A DNA stretch of 64,000 nucleotides from Methanotrichaceae archaeon (lineage in GTDB: Archaea; Halobacteriota; Methanosarcinia; Methanotrichales; Methanotrichaceae), in the NCBI GenBank assembly GCA_963813075.1, contig CAWEXU010000031.1, positions 192,001 to 256,000 on the forward strand, in the 5' to 3' direction. This document shows positions 10,997-20,730 of this stretch, piece by piece. The position numbers and the translations under genes were made by a program. Position 1 is the stretch's first letter; every line of letters begins with the position of its first letter. The notes below the pieces were generated by a model. That model made no database searches, was not told the DNA's origin, and saw only the letters and a list, made by a program, of their open reading frames with translations.

Positions 10997-11028
10997 TCCG
11001 GAATCAATCCCGGCTTGGTGGGTTCAGT

Positions 11029-11520
11029 ATGAAGACTGCATTAGCAGTAATGGTCATAGCATTAGCTTGTCTTTTGCTATGGGATTGCTCAGCTCAGAGC
11101 ATGAGCAGCTATCAGGGTTTGAGCGGAGATTCCGGCAGAGCTATACTGGCAAGCCTGAAGGCCAATGACACCCAATCTAACGAAAGGGACAATAATACAA
11201 ATACCAGCGAGAATGACACCCTGTGGAGCTGGGGAAGCAAACCCAAGGGAAGCGTTATTGTCGATGGACAGCTACTGACAGATCCGTTTAACAGCTGGAA
11301 GGATTTCAATGTGACAGAGAGCGGGATAGCTCCGATTGGAGTCGACCCATTCATGGGTTATCCGATCTATGCCTACGAGATCCCAGGCACAGGGGAGACA
11401 AAGTACTTCTACCTGGATCCTTTAACCCGTGAGCCATTCTATCTGGACGGATATGCAGGGGTTGTTGCCCCAGTTGCAGTGGAAAGCAGCAGCTACGTAT
11501 TGCCACCGGTGTTAAGATAG
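11029..11520 (+). CDS. secreted protein, LWSWG/YxDPxTG-repeat family
   Basis: MKTALAVMVIAL signal; LWSWGSKPKGS; ends YVLPPVLR. Confidence 0.8.
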   Translation: MKTALAVMVIALACLLLWDCSAQSMSSYQGLSGDSGRAILASLKANDTQSNERDNNTNTSENDTLWSWGSKPKGSVIVDGQLLTDPFNSWKDFNVTESGIAPIGVDPFMGYPIYAYEIPGTGETKYFYLDPLTREPFYLDGYAGVVAPVAVESSSYVLPPVLR

Positions 11521-11597
11521 GTGCTTTTCAGATTGGATATTATTGGCAGGCAAAGGCTGCCATTAATGAGTGTAATCAAATAGAGGAGTGATTAAAT

Positions 11598-12077
11598 ATG
11601 AAGAATAAAATGATGTATATTGCAGTATTTCTGTGTCTGGCAGGCCTCGCAGTGGCCGCAGAATATAACGATTGGCAAAATGGAGCCATTGATGGCTTCA
11701 AAAAGGGCTTTGAGATGGGTCAGGCATACCAGCTGGCTCTGGATGGAAAGGATATCTCCGGCTTCAATGCCAAGGTTGACGAATACAACACCTGGGTGAG
11801 AGCTAACTTCGGAGAAGACCCGCAGATGCTGATGCAGAAGATGACCGCTCCAATTGACCTGAGCAAACCAGTTATTGTTACCAACAACACCACCGCCTCA
11901 AAGGGCATAGTCCATGAGATAGATGGAGCAACTGGCGAGAAGGCAATTAAAACCAATGACATGAACCTGCTCTCTGATGCGGATATCGCTAAATTGAACG
12001 AGCAATCCGAAAGTGGAAGGGACGCCGGCGATTATCTGGGTGGAAGGGCCGTCGGTGAATATCTGGGCGGGATCTGA
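11598..12077 (+). CDS. secreted hypothetical protein
   Basis: GAGGAGTG RBS, signal peptide, repeated C-terminal G(D/E)YLGG. Confidence 0.75.
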   Translation: MKNKMMYIAVFLCLAGLAVAAEYNDWQNGAIDGFKKGFEMGQAYQLALDGKDISGFNAKVDEYNTWVRANFGEDPQMLMQKMTAPIDLSKPVIVTNNTTASKGIVHEIDGATGEKAIKTNDMNLLSDADIAKLNEQSESGRDAGDYLGGRAVGEYLGGI

Positions 12078-12204
12078 AGCTTCCGCCATTATACCTTTTT
12101 CTATTCTCTTTTGCAGCCACTCGCTAAGAAAGGCCCCAAGCGATACGGATATATTTTTTAATGCGTAGTACTTAATGAACATAAATTGAAATATCTGGTA
12201 GCTG

Positions 12205-12810
12205 ATGAATATGGATAAAAACATTAAAAACGTTTTTCTGGATTTGAAGGCAGTTCATGATGATCTGCAGATGATCTCTACGGATATCATAGTGATAGCT
12301 GATTGGGTGCCATTGAAGTGCAGATACGGCTGCAGCAACTATGGAAAACACCTGAGCTGCCCGCCCTTTTCCCCAACCCCCGAGGAAATGAGGAGGGTCC
12401 TATCTGAATACAGGCATGCAGCACTTGCCCGCTTTGAGGCCAGGCCGGATCAGAAGCTCTCTGTGAAAGCGGCCAGACAGGCCCTTGGCAATACCATAAC
12501 CAAGATTCAAAAGACCATATTCGATCTGGAGAGATCAGCATTCCTCGGTGGTTGCTACAAGGCCTTTGGGCTGAATGCTATGCCCTGCGCTCTTTGTGAT
12601 AGCTGCATCATTGAGGAGATGCAGAAGAAAGATCTGCCGATTTACGACCTTGACCGGGTACGGTGCAAAAATAAGGAGATCATGCGCCCCTCAATGGAGG
12701 CCTGCGGTATTGATGTCTTCAAGACTCTGCAGAATGCCGGCCATGATCCCAGGGTGCTCAGAGGAAGCACTGAAAAGATAGAGCTGTTCGGCCTGATACT
12801 GCTGGATTAG
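12205..12810 (+). CDS. DUF2284 predicted metal-binding protein
   Basis: KCRYGC..YGKHLSCPP, CALCDSC, RPSMEACGIDVFKT. Confidence 0.85.
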   Translation: MNMDKNIKNVFLDLKAVHDDLQMISTDIIVIADWVPLKCRYGCSNYGKHLSCPPFSPTPEEMRRVLSEYRHAALARFEARPDQKLSVKAARQALGNTITKIQKTIFDLERSAFLGGCYKAFGLNAMPCALCDSCIIEEMQKKDLPIYDLDRVRCKNKEIMRPSMEACGIDVFKTLQNAGHDPRVLRGSTEKIELFGLILLD

Positions 12811-12880
12811 GAGAATGGATTAGGAGAATGGATTAGGAGAATGGATTAGGAGAATGGATTAGGAGAATGGATTAGGAAGA
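12803..12880. repeat. 13-bp tandem repeat (tggattaggagaa) x5 plus one variant
   Basis: read directly; the first unit contains the DUF2284 stop codon. Confidence 0.95.
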
Positions 12881-12945
12881 TGGCATCTTGAGACGGGATT
12901 AAAAGACTGCAATCCTCATATACTTGCAGCTCTAACAGCAGGCAG

Positions 12946-13218
12946 ATGCAATGGGAACTGGTTGGCTGGTGTGCGGCTCTGTTGACGATGTTCGGATTCG
13001 TCCCCCAGATCCTCAAAATCTATCGCACTGAATCGGTCTCAGATGTCAGCCTGGTCATGCTGCTGCAGTTCTCGCTGGGCATGTTTCTCTGGCTGCTCTA
13101 TGGCCTTTATATCCAGGACCGCATACTGATCGTCTCCAATACCATCTCCTTTCTCACATTGACCGTGGCCACCGGGATGTATATGAAGTACAGGAAAAAT
13201 GGCGCCAGCCCTCTGTAG
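12946..13218 (+). CDS. SemiSWEET / PQ-loop transporter
   Basis: FVPQILKIYRTESVSDVS, three TM helices. Confidence 0.9.
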   Translation: MQWELVGWCAALLTMFGFVPQILKIYRTESVSDVSLVMLLQFSLGMFLWLLYGLYIQDRILIVSNTISFLTLTVATGMYMKYRKNGASPL

Positions 13219-13274
13219 TACCCACAGGATACAGGCAGGTTGACTGATATTACCCACCGATCACTATTGTCCTG

Positions 13275-13577
13275 TCAGTCTTTATCCAGCTCAATTATCT
13301 TATTTTTGATCCTCTCTTGCAGCCTTTCCAGAGATGCTTTCGTGCTCAGGCGATTGTCGCAGGGAGATGTATCCTTGGGGTTGCAGCCAGCCATTAGATC
13401 CATTACTCTGTCAGCCAGATCAAAGGCCTCCAGCTCCTCCAGATGCTGCAATAAATTACTGGTGCTGGAGTTGAAATCACGGCATTTTCCCGTCTGTGAG
13501 ATAGCAGCCTCATGCAACTTATAGAGCAGAGAGAGCTCCTTTTGGATCTGCAACCAGTCATCCCTGTTCATCGCCAT
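13275..13577 (-). CDS. hypothetical protein
   Basis: 100-aa helical ORF with plausible composition. Confidence 0.55.
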   Translation of the reverse strand: MAMNRDDWLQIQKELSLLYKLHEAAISQTGKCRDFNSSTSNLLQHLEELEAFDLADRVMDLMAGCNPKDTSPCDNRLSTKASLERLQERIKNKIIELDKD

Positions 13578-13838
13578 CTGGGAAAGCTATCCATCATTCA
13601 GAAATATTAAGGCGATGCTCTCAGAACAGAGGTTATGGGCTAATGGCCTGGATCCAGGATATGACCAGAGCCTGGCGTCACAGTAAGCGATTTCATTGAT
13701 CTGGTAGGGTGGCCCTTACTGGCCAATCAACTTCGCCTCTGAGATTGCTCTTACATAATAGATACAAAATTTTCACACATAATATGCGAATCCGATATCT
13801 TCTTATAACTAAAGGATAATTGACCCAAAGGTGGTTCT

Positions 13839-14558
13839 ATGCACATTCCTGATGGCTATCTGGGGCCTTATACATACGGTGCATTATGGATAATAATGAT
13901 CCCCATATGGATCTACGCCGGAAGGCGGCTGAGCAATGAGCTAAGATCAAGGCAGGTTCCCCTGCTTGCTCTCTCCGCTGCTTTTTCCTTTGTGATCATG
14001 ATGTTCAATGTTCCCATACCCGGTGGCAGCACCGGACACGCAGTGGGTGCAGCGATAATAGGAATAGTCCTTGGACCCTGGGCAGCGGTAATATCAGTGA
14101 CGGTGGCCCTGGTTTTGCAGGCTTTGATATTCGGAGATGGGGGAATCACCGCCATTGCAGCCAACTGCTTCAACATGGCGGTAGTGATGCCCTTTGCCGC
14201 TTATTATATCTACCGGATAGTGAGCGGAAACACTGATATCACATCCTCAAGGAGGGTCATTGCCGCAGCAATAGCGGGATATGTTTCCCTCACCCTGGCG
14301 GCAGCTCTGACAGGCATAATGTTTGGAATTCAGCCCCTCCTCCATCAAACGGCAGAAGGAGTTCCCATTTACATGCCTTATTCCCTGAATTTCACCCTGC
14401 CTGCTATGCTGATCGAGCATGCTCTCGGATTTTCCATTCTTGAGGCTCTGGTCACGGGATTAATATTTGCTTATATTCAAAAGACCGATGCCACCCTGCT
14501 TTATGGAGAGGTGTCAGCCAGAGAGAGAATAAAAATGGGAAGAGCAGGAACCGTATGA
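13839..14558 (+). CDS. cbiM: Ni/Co ECF transporter S component CbiM/NikM
   Basis: MHIPDGYL N-terminus, GGSTGHAVG. Confidence 0.95.
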   Translation: MHIPDGYLGPYTYGALWIIMIPIWIYAGRRLSNELRSRQVPLLALSAAFSFVIMMFNVPIPGGSTGHAVGAAIIGIVLGPWAAVISVTVALVLQALIFGDGGITAIAANCFNMAVVMPFAAYYIYRIVSGNTDITSSRRVIAAAIAGYVSLTLAAALTGIMFGIQPLLHQTAEGVPIYMPYSLNFTLPAMLIEHALGFSILEALVTGLIFAYIQKTDATLLYGEVSARERIKMGRAGTV

Positions 14559-14611
14559 GAAGGGAGCTTGGACATCATAAGGAAAAAGCAGGATCAGAGT
14601 GAGGAAAGAGC

Positions 14612-14926
14612 ATGGACAAGACTACAAGAAATCTGGCAATCGGCCTGATAGCGCTCATCATTCTCGCGCCGCTCGGCCTACTGGCAGTGGGTGAGACCTT
14701 TGGCGAATGGAGTAATGAGGAGCTGGAGGAGAAGATAGGCTTTGTTCCACCGGGCCTTGAAGAGCTCTCCTCAATCTGGAGCGCGCCAATGCCAGACTAT
14801 GCCCTGCCCGGTATTGGAGACTCAATGACAGCAGCGTCTATTGCCTACATTCTCTCCGCGATAGTCGGAGTTATCATTGGAGGCGGCCTGCTGTACCTTC
14901 TGGGAAAGAGGATCGCAAAGGATTAG
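14612..14926 (+). CDS. NikN-like PDGLE-domain membrane subunit
   Basis: LAPLGLL..GEW...APMPDYALPG. Confidence 0.85.
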   Translation: MDKTTRNLAIGLIALIILAPLGLLAVGETFGEWSNEELEEKIGFVPPGLEELSSIWSAPMPDYALPGIGDSMTAASIAYILSAIVGVIIGGGLLYLLGKRIAKD

Positions 14927-14930
14927 TGAT

Positions 14931-15869
14931 ATGATACCGGAGTGGATGAGAGAGGTAGATACTGGCCCCCACCAGTTTCCAGAAACAGCCCAGGGCAAAA
15001 AGGGGTTTGTGGGAAAGACGATAGACGGGATATTCAGTTTCATGGAGGAGGCATTCGTCTCTGAGGCCAGCTCCCGCCTGCCCGGCGTCCTGCAGAGCCT
15101 GGACCCAAGGGCGAAGTTGATCTCGATTCTGGTCATAGTATTCGCAACCAGCCTGATTGGAGATCTTAGGGTCCTGGTATTCATCTATCTCCTCACCCTG
15201 GTCTTCGCATATCTGAGCAAAATAGATGTAGTCTTTTTCATCAAGAGGGTGTGGCTGTTCATACCCGTTTTCGCCGGGATAATTGCTCTACCCATGATCT
15301 TCAATATCTTCATTCCTGGAGATCCTCTCATTCACCTGGCATACCTTGGGCCGGGAGCTCACCTGGGGCCGTTCTCCCTTCCTGATGCGATCTATATAAC
15401 CCGCCAGGGAACTATTGCCGCGGTGATATTCACCATGAGGGTGGCAGCATGCGTCTCGGCAGTGGTATTGCTATTCGTCACCACCCCCAAGCAGGTCCTG
15501 TTCAAGTCCTTAAGATCGGTGGGCGTGCCAAAGCTGTATGTCCTCACCCTGGAGATGGCCTATCGCTACATCTTTCTCCTGATGGAGCTGGTGCGAGAGA
15601 TGTACATCGCCAAAAAGGCGAGGACCATCCGGGCCGGGGGCCTTTTTGACGAGCAGAAGTGGGTGGGGGGGAGGATGGGATATACCCTGATCCGGTCACT
15701 GGACATGAGCGAGAAGGTCCATATGGCCATGACCTCCCGCGGTTTTAACGGCGAGGTTCATATCATGCAGGAGTTCAAATTCAGGAGTCGGGACTATCTC
15801 GCCGGGGCAACAGCTATATCTCTTAGCATTCTGCTCCTTTTAGTCTCTCAGAATATCATCCGGATATAG
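14931..15869 (+). CDS. cbiQ: ECF T component CbiQ/NikQ
   Basis: LQSLDPRAK, YRYIFLL, AMTSRGF; ATG at 14931. Confidence 0.92.
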   Translation: MIPEWMREVDTGPHQFPETAQGKKGFVGKTIDGIFSFMEEAFVSEASSRLPGVLQSLDPRAKLISILVIVFATSLIGDLRVLVFIYLLTLVFAYLSKIDVVFFIKRVWLFIPVFAGIIALPMIFNIFIPGDPLIHLAYLGPGAHLGPFSLPDAIYITRQGTIAAVIFTMRVAACVSAVVLLFVTTPKQVLFKSLRSVGVPKLYVLTLEMAYRYIFLLMELVREMYIAKKARTIRAGGLFDEQKWVGGRMGYTLIRSLDMSEKVHMAMTSRGFNGEVHIMQEFKFRSRDYLAGATAISLSILLLLVSQNIIRI

Positions 15870-15873
15870 GAGC

Positions 15874-16719
15874 ATGGAAGAGAAGATGGATACCATATTC
15901 GACCTCAGGAATGTATCTTACTCCTACCTGGGAAAGATCGAAGCCCTGAGAGATATCACGATCAATATCAATAGGGGAGAGCAGGTCACAATCATAGGCT
16001 CAAACGGCAGCGGCAAGTCGACGCTTCTTGCCGTCTTGAACGGCCTGGTGTACCCCTCATCCGGCGACTTTTTTGCCTTCGGCCATCCGGTAACCGAGGA
16101 GGTCTTTGACTCCATAAAGGAGAATGAGTTCAGGAGCTACTTCCGGACGAAGGTTGGTTTTGTCTTCCAGAACTCCGACATCCAGCTCTTCTCCTCTACG
16201 GTCTTCGAGGAGATTGCCTTCGGCCCGTTGCAGCTTAATTTACCCATAGAGGAGGTCAAAGCCAGGGTTGAGGATATCATGGAGATGATGCAGATCGCAA
16301 AGCTCCGGGACAGAGCCCCTCATACCCTGAGCGGAGGGGAGAAGAAGAAGGTCTGCATTGCCACCGTCCTGGTGAACAATCCCGATGTGCTGCTATTGGA
16401 CGAGCCATCCGCGGGCCTTGACCCCAGGACCCAGCTCTGGCTGGTGGAGCTGCTTCATGAGCTATCTCATGCCGGAAAGACCATTATCACTGCTACTCAC
16501 GACCTGGAGATCATGGAATTGATCAGCAAGAGGTCCATTGTGATGGGCGAGGACCACAGGGTCAAGCTGGATGACACTCCAAAGAAAGTTCTATCCAATT
16601 TCGAGCTTCTCATGGAATCCAATCTGGTGCATGAGCACATGCATATCCACGGCAAGCTGGTGCACGAGCACCTGCACGATCATGAGACGGGGCATACGCA
16701 TGTTCATCTTAAGAGCTAA
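15874..16719 (+). CDS. cbiO: ECF ATPase CbiO/NikO with His-rich tail
   Basis: GSNGSGKS, LSGGEKK, LLLDEP; HEHMHIH...HTHVH tail. Confidence 0.92.
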   Translation: MEEKMDTIFDLRNVSYSYLGKIEALRDITININRGEQVTIIGSNGSGKSTLLAVLNGLVYPSSGDFFAFGHPVTEEVFDSIKENEFRSYFRTKVGFVFQNSDIQLFSSTVFEEIAFGPLQLNLPIEEVKARVEDIMEMMQIAKLRDRAPHTLSGGEKKKVCIATVLVNNPDVLLLDEPSAGLDPRTQLWLVELLHELSHAGKTIITATHDLEIMELISKRSIVMGEDHRVKLDDTPKKVLSNFELLMESNLVHEHMHIHGKLVHEHLHDHETGHTHVHLKS

Positions 16720-16797
16720 ATGCACTTTTATAAAAATTATTTCAATCCCAAAGCCTAGCGATCAAGATTTAAATAGGAAGAGATAAGGAGTATATTC

Positions 16798-16971
16798 ATG
16801 TGCGAGGTTTTGGAGCGGAAAGACCAGAAGCATGCACTTGACTACAACCGGGAGGAGCCCGAGGACATAACCAAATCGCTCATGATCCTCTCAGAGAGAT
16901 CTCTGCATGATTTCTTAGCGAGCGAACCTGATATCTATACAGTTGATGATTTAAAAGTCCGATATAGATGA
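16798..16971 (+). CDS. putative antitoxin (57 aa, absent from ORF track)
   Basis: AAGGAG RBS; ends LSERSLHDFLASEPDIYTVDDLKVRYR; ATGA overlap with mazF-like gene. Confidence 0.7.
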   Translation: MCEVLERKDQKHALDYNREEPEDITKSLMILSERSLHDFLASEPDIYTVDDLKVRYR

Positions 16972-17218
16972 AAGGAGATATAGTACTCGTTCCTTTTCCA
17001 AATTCCGACCTGACTCCAGGAAAGCTGCGGCCAGCTTTGGTCCTCTACGAAGATGATATCGAGAATGAGACCACGATTGCCTAAACTCAGTCATAAAGCT
17101 GAATAAAATAGCCACCATAAAAGACTATTATATTTCAGGCCTGCTCGGGTCTGCAAACGAAGCCCTGCAGGCCGAAGTAGATAAGGCCATTGACGCCTGC
17201 ATGAAATTCAGGCGATAA
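16968..17218 (+). pseudogene. PemK/MazF toxin with internal deletion
   Basis: MKGDIVLVPFPNSDLTPGKLRPALVL...TTIA* joined out of frame to NSVIKLNKIATIK...GLLG...EVDKAI*. Confidence 0.8.
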
Positions 17219-17282
17219 ACATAGAGCAATTGCGCAACAAAAAATAAGCAAGAATAAGCAGGCAGGGATACTGTCTCAAATG

Positions 17283-17684
17283 CTATGAAAAACGAGTTTT
17301 GGTAGCGTGCCATAATTGCTGTAAATCAAGAGCTTCGCTGGCCATGCGAAGAATTTTGTGCTTTCTGAGACCAGAGGTGCCTTCTTTGGTTAGGATATCC
17401 ATATCGTTTCGATCATGAACCGTTAGATGGACTGGGACAGATTTTATCTGCGAGAGTCTTTTTCCAGGAGGCTCGGAGGCGGATGCTGCATGGAAAGTGA
17501 TCTGACCTTCATGAAGCTTCTCACCGAAAGTCTCATTGAGAAAATCCCAGATCAGATTCACCAGAGATCGACATGTAGCCCTCGGAAAATCATAGTCGGT
17601 TTCAAGTGTTTGGAACAACCTTTGTTGAGCGCTTCTGACCCAGGGGCCTTTGTAAACCAGATCTGTCTCATCTACTTGCACCAT
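17283..17684 (-). pseudogene. DUF1670-like fragment (mobile-element-associated)
   Basis: EGQITFHAASASEPPGKRL..VPVHLTV..D...GLRKHKILRMASEA, ending before the expected HTH part. Confidence 0.6.
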
Positions 17685-17875
17685 CTGTCCCACCAATGCT
17701 TGAATTTGTAGGCAAAGATACTTTAATGTAGGGGACATTTGGACGAATAGTAAATACCGAGTGCATACTATGTGGCTGCTGCGTTGATGCCTGTCCGAGC
17801 CAGGCAATTAGTTTTTCATTTTAAAGCAGGATGATAAGCCCTGGAACATCCAAAAATTATAATTAAAAACAATTG

Positions 17876-18061
17876 CTACCTTATACGAAGAATGGAGATG
17901 AGAATCGTATTGGTGATCATGCAAATTAGCCCTGCAGTTAGGCCTACGCCAATTGGTGAATGGCCAAAGAAAAAAAAGTATTTTGAAAGAATCAAACCAG
18001 CGGCCATGGCTGCTACAAACACAAAGGCCTTTCGAAATGTCATATTGTCCATATCATGCAA
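17876..18061 (-). CDS. small membrane protein
   Basis: 61 aa, two hydrophobic segments. Confidence 0.5.
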   Translation of the reverse strand: MHDMDNMTFRKAFVFVAAMAAGLILSKYFFFFGHSPIGVGLTAGLICMITNTILISILRIR

Positions 18062-18084
18062 AATGCATCATCCCATTTAAGCTT

Positions 18085-19143
18085 TTATCTTCCATTGACA
18101 AAAATAAGAGGATATTCATCCTGTCCACCATCAAATGTATATGGTTCATCTCCAATGCCATCGCCGTTCAGGTCCTTTCCTTTATAGTCAGACCAGTAAT
18201 TGCCGACATAGCCTTTTATGGTTTTATTGCCTTCTTTAAATGTTATTGATTCTGCAGAGCGCCATAGATTGAAAGACCCCTGAGTGCGGGCATCCTTGGA
18301 TTGCGCATTTTTGCTGTTTTTGAACTTGTTAAGGTAGATGGTGTTATTGCTGGAATCCTGCAGGTATATGCCGATATCGCCGCTCTCCTCAACGGTATTG
18401 CCCTTGATTGTGCTGCCATTGCTGAACTTCAGAAGACCGATTCCCTGAGTGCTAACCTTTTGAACTGTATTGTCCACTATGTCATTTCCTACGGCGGAGA
18501 GAAGTCCAATGCCGTTTGTGCTGCCCTTAACTCGATTTCCCTCCACTAAATTGCCGCTAGATGTATCCAGAAATATGCCAATAAATCCATTCTCTATAGC
18601 ATTGTCTCTGATGGTATTGTTATAGCATTGAATTAATTGTATGCCATCTCCTCCACCCTGTGAGAATGATCCACTCAAGAGGCCGGATAAGCCGTCACAT
18701 GCCACCAGAATACTATTATTTTGGATCAGATTGCCATGAGCCTTATTTAGAATGATGCCTGCCATACATCCTTGCACATCATTATTAGATACAACGCTGA
18801 AATTTGAATTAACAGATATTGCAAACAAGTCGCCACTGCGGATCTTGAACCCGCTTAATTCAGAGCGATCTGCAAGCAAACTGGCCATTTCAATCGATGG
18901 CAGCCCTTTTCCAGTGTCCAGGCCGGTGATCACGAGGGGTTTATTGATCTCTATGTATTCTTCGTAGTCTCCGCTTTCAACCTCAATAATGTCGCCGGAG
19001 CTTGCTTGATCGATTGCTTCTTGAATGCTCTCACCTTCTTCTACGGTGATTTTCGCATTCAGTGCATTTACTGGAATTATAAGGCAGATAAAGCAAACAA
19101 AAATTATAATAAGTAATAATTTCATCAAGGAGCAGTTGGGCAT
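18085..19143 (-). CDS. secreted parallel beta-helix (NosD/CASH) surface protein
   Basis: SIQEAIDQASSGDIIEVESGDY, GIxL..S..N repeats, GNYWSDY..D.NGDGIGD..Y..D.YPL. Confidence 0.9.
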   Translation of the reverse strand: MPNCSLMKLLLIIIFVCFICLIIPVNALNAKITVEEGESIQEAIDQASSGDIIEVESGDYEEYIEINKPLVITGLDTGKGLPSIEMASLLADRSELSGFKIRSGDLFAISVNSNFSVVSNNDVQGCMAGIILNKAHGNLIQNNSILVACDGLSGLLSGSFSQGGGDGIQLIQCYNNTIRDNAIENGFIGIFLDTSSGNLVEGNRVKGSTNGIGLLSAVGNDIVDNTVQKVSTQGIGLLKFSNGSTIKGNTVEESGDIGIYLQDSSNNTIYLNKFKNSKNAQSKDARTQGSFNLWRSAESITFKEGNKTIKGYVGNYWSDYKGKDLNGDGIGDEPYTFDGGQDEYPLIFVNGR

Positions 19144-19232
19144 AATCTCACCAATAAGCTACTCTATAATTAAAAGTATAAAAGTGTTGGCTAATTTTTT
19201 TAGGTGAGGATAAAATCAAAGAAAAAAGAAAA

Positions 19233-20729
19233 TTACTGAGGCAGCAGTACTGTTGCTGCCTGCAGTGCCCAGTTGATGAACTGATCCGGGAAGACACCGA
19301 TATAGAAGACTGCGAGCATGGTCAAGACCAGTGCCGCCATATATCCCTTCGACTCGGCGATCTTCGGCCCGGCGGGCTCCTTCAGATACATGTAGCTGAT
19401 GATCCTCAGGTAGTACACCAGGGACAGAGCGCTGTTCAGGATGGCGAGAACTGCCAGCCAGATCAGGCCGGAGTATATGGCCGAGCTGAAGAGCACGAAC
19501 TTGCCGATATATCCTGCCGTGGGCGGAATCCCCGCCAGGGCGAACATGAAGACCAGCATGCAAAACGCTGTTACCGGCGCTCTGCTTGCCAGGCCCGCAT
19601 AGTTGGATATATCATCCGGGTCCTCTGCATCGCTTTTTGAGACCATCGAGGCCACCTGAGCTGAGCCGATGAAAGCTCCGGTCTTCATCAGAGCATGACC
19701 GAGGATTAAGAGCAGTGCTCCTGCGATTCCCAGCTGGTCAGCGGGGATCATTCCCAGGTTCAAGACATTGACCGGGGCATCACCGTAGGCAGCACCGACC
19801 ACCACAAATGCGATGGCGATGTATCCCGCCTGAGCGATTGAGGAGTATGCCAGTATACGCCGGACGTTGTTCTGCCAGCAGGCGGCCAGGTTTCCAAGAG
19901 TCATGGTTACGGCTGCCAGTATGGCGAAAGCCAGATACCACTCCATCCTCATGGCCACCATGGCGATCAGGAGAACCCTGAAAGCAGCGGCAAATCCCAT
20001 CTTCTTGGAGCCGGCAGCAAGCAGTGCCGAGACCAGGGGCGGTGCTCCCTCGTAGGTATCAGGAGCCCACATATGGAATGGCACCAGCGCCATCTTGAAG
20101 GCAAACCCGGCAATGACGAATAGCAGGGCCACCAACGTCGCTGCACCGAAGGATTCTATAGATGCTGCAGCCACGTCCGCCAGCTTGGTCGATCCGGTCA
20201 TGCCATAGAGCAATGAGAAGCCGAAGAGCATGAACGCCGAGGAGACAGAGCCATAGATGAAATACTTCATGGCCGCCTCCAGGTTCTTCTTCGTCTTGTC
20301 AAACGCCGCCATGGCGTAGGTGGACAGGCTTGCCAGCTCGAAGCCCACAAACAGAGTCACCAGATCTACGGAGCTTGAGACTATCATCATGCCCACAGTG
20401 GCAAAGAGCAGCAGAGCGAAAAACTCGTCTGAGCCCTTTCCGGTGTACTTGGATAGCGATGCTATCACTACCAGCAAGGACACTATCAGGAAGACCGCCT
20501 TGAAGAACTGGGACAGGGCGTCTACCGATATGGTATCAAAGAAGAACAGGGTGGGGGCAATAAAGAGATTGCTTGCCACCAGCCCCAGGGCTGCAACCAG
20601 CCCGGCCAGGCTCAGATAGCCCGGGAGCTTTCCACTGTTCTTCATCAGGGACCCCAGCAGCAGAATGAGCACCGCCAGTGCCGTCAATAACGCCTCTCCC
20701 CAGAGGGGTGCGTAGTGAGAAAAGTCCAC
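19233..20729 (-). CDS. fpoN: Fpo complex subunit N
   Basis: EAAMKYF, FKMALVPFHMWAPDTYEGAP. Confidence 0.95.
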   Translation of the reverse strand: MDFSHYAPLWGEALLTALAVLILLLGSLMKNSGKLPGYLSLAGLVAALGLVASNLFIAPTLFFFDTISVDALSQFFKAVFLIVSLLVVIASLSKYTGKGSDEFFALLLFATVGMMIVSSSVDLVTLFVGFELASLSTYAMAAFDKTKKNLEAAMKYFIYGSVSSAFMLFGFSLLYGMTGSTKLADVAAASIESFGAATLVALLFVIAGFAFKMALVPFHMWAPDTYEGAPPLVSALLAAGSKKMGFAAAFRVLLIAMVAMRMEWYLAFAILAAVTMTLGNLAACWQNNVRRILAYSSIAQAGYIAIAFVVVGAAYGDAPVNVLNLGMIPADQLGIAGALLLILGHALMKTGAFIGSAQVASMVSKSDAEDPDDISNYAGLASRAPVTAFCMLVFMFALAGIPPTAGYIGKFVLFSSAIYSGLIWLAVLAILNSALSLVYYLRIISYMYLKEPAGPKIAESKGYMAALVLTMLAVFYIGVFPDQFINWALQAATVLLPQ

Positions 20730-20730
20730 T

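Noticed and set aside
12803..12880. CRISPR array
   Set aside because: 13-bp units are contiguous with no spacers, and there are no cas genes
13750..13790. NikR operator upstream of cbiM
   Set aside because: Only a weak imperfect palindrome; cannot be supported by eye
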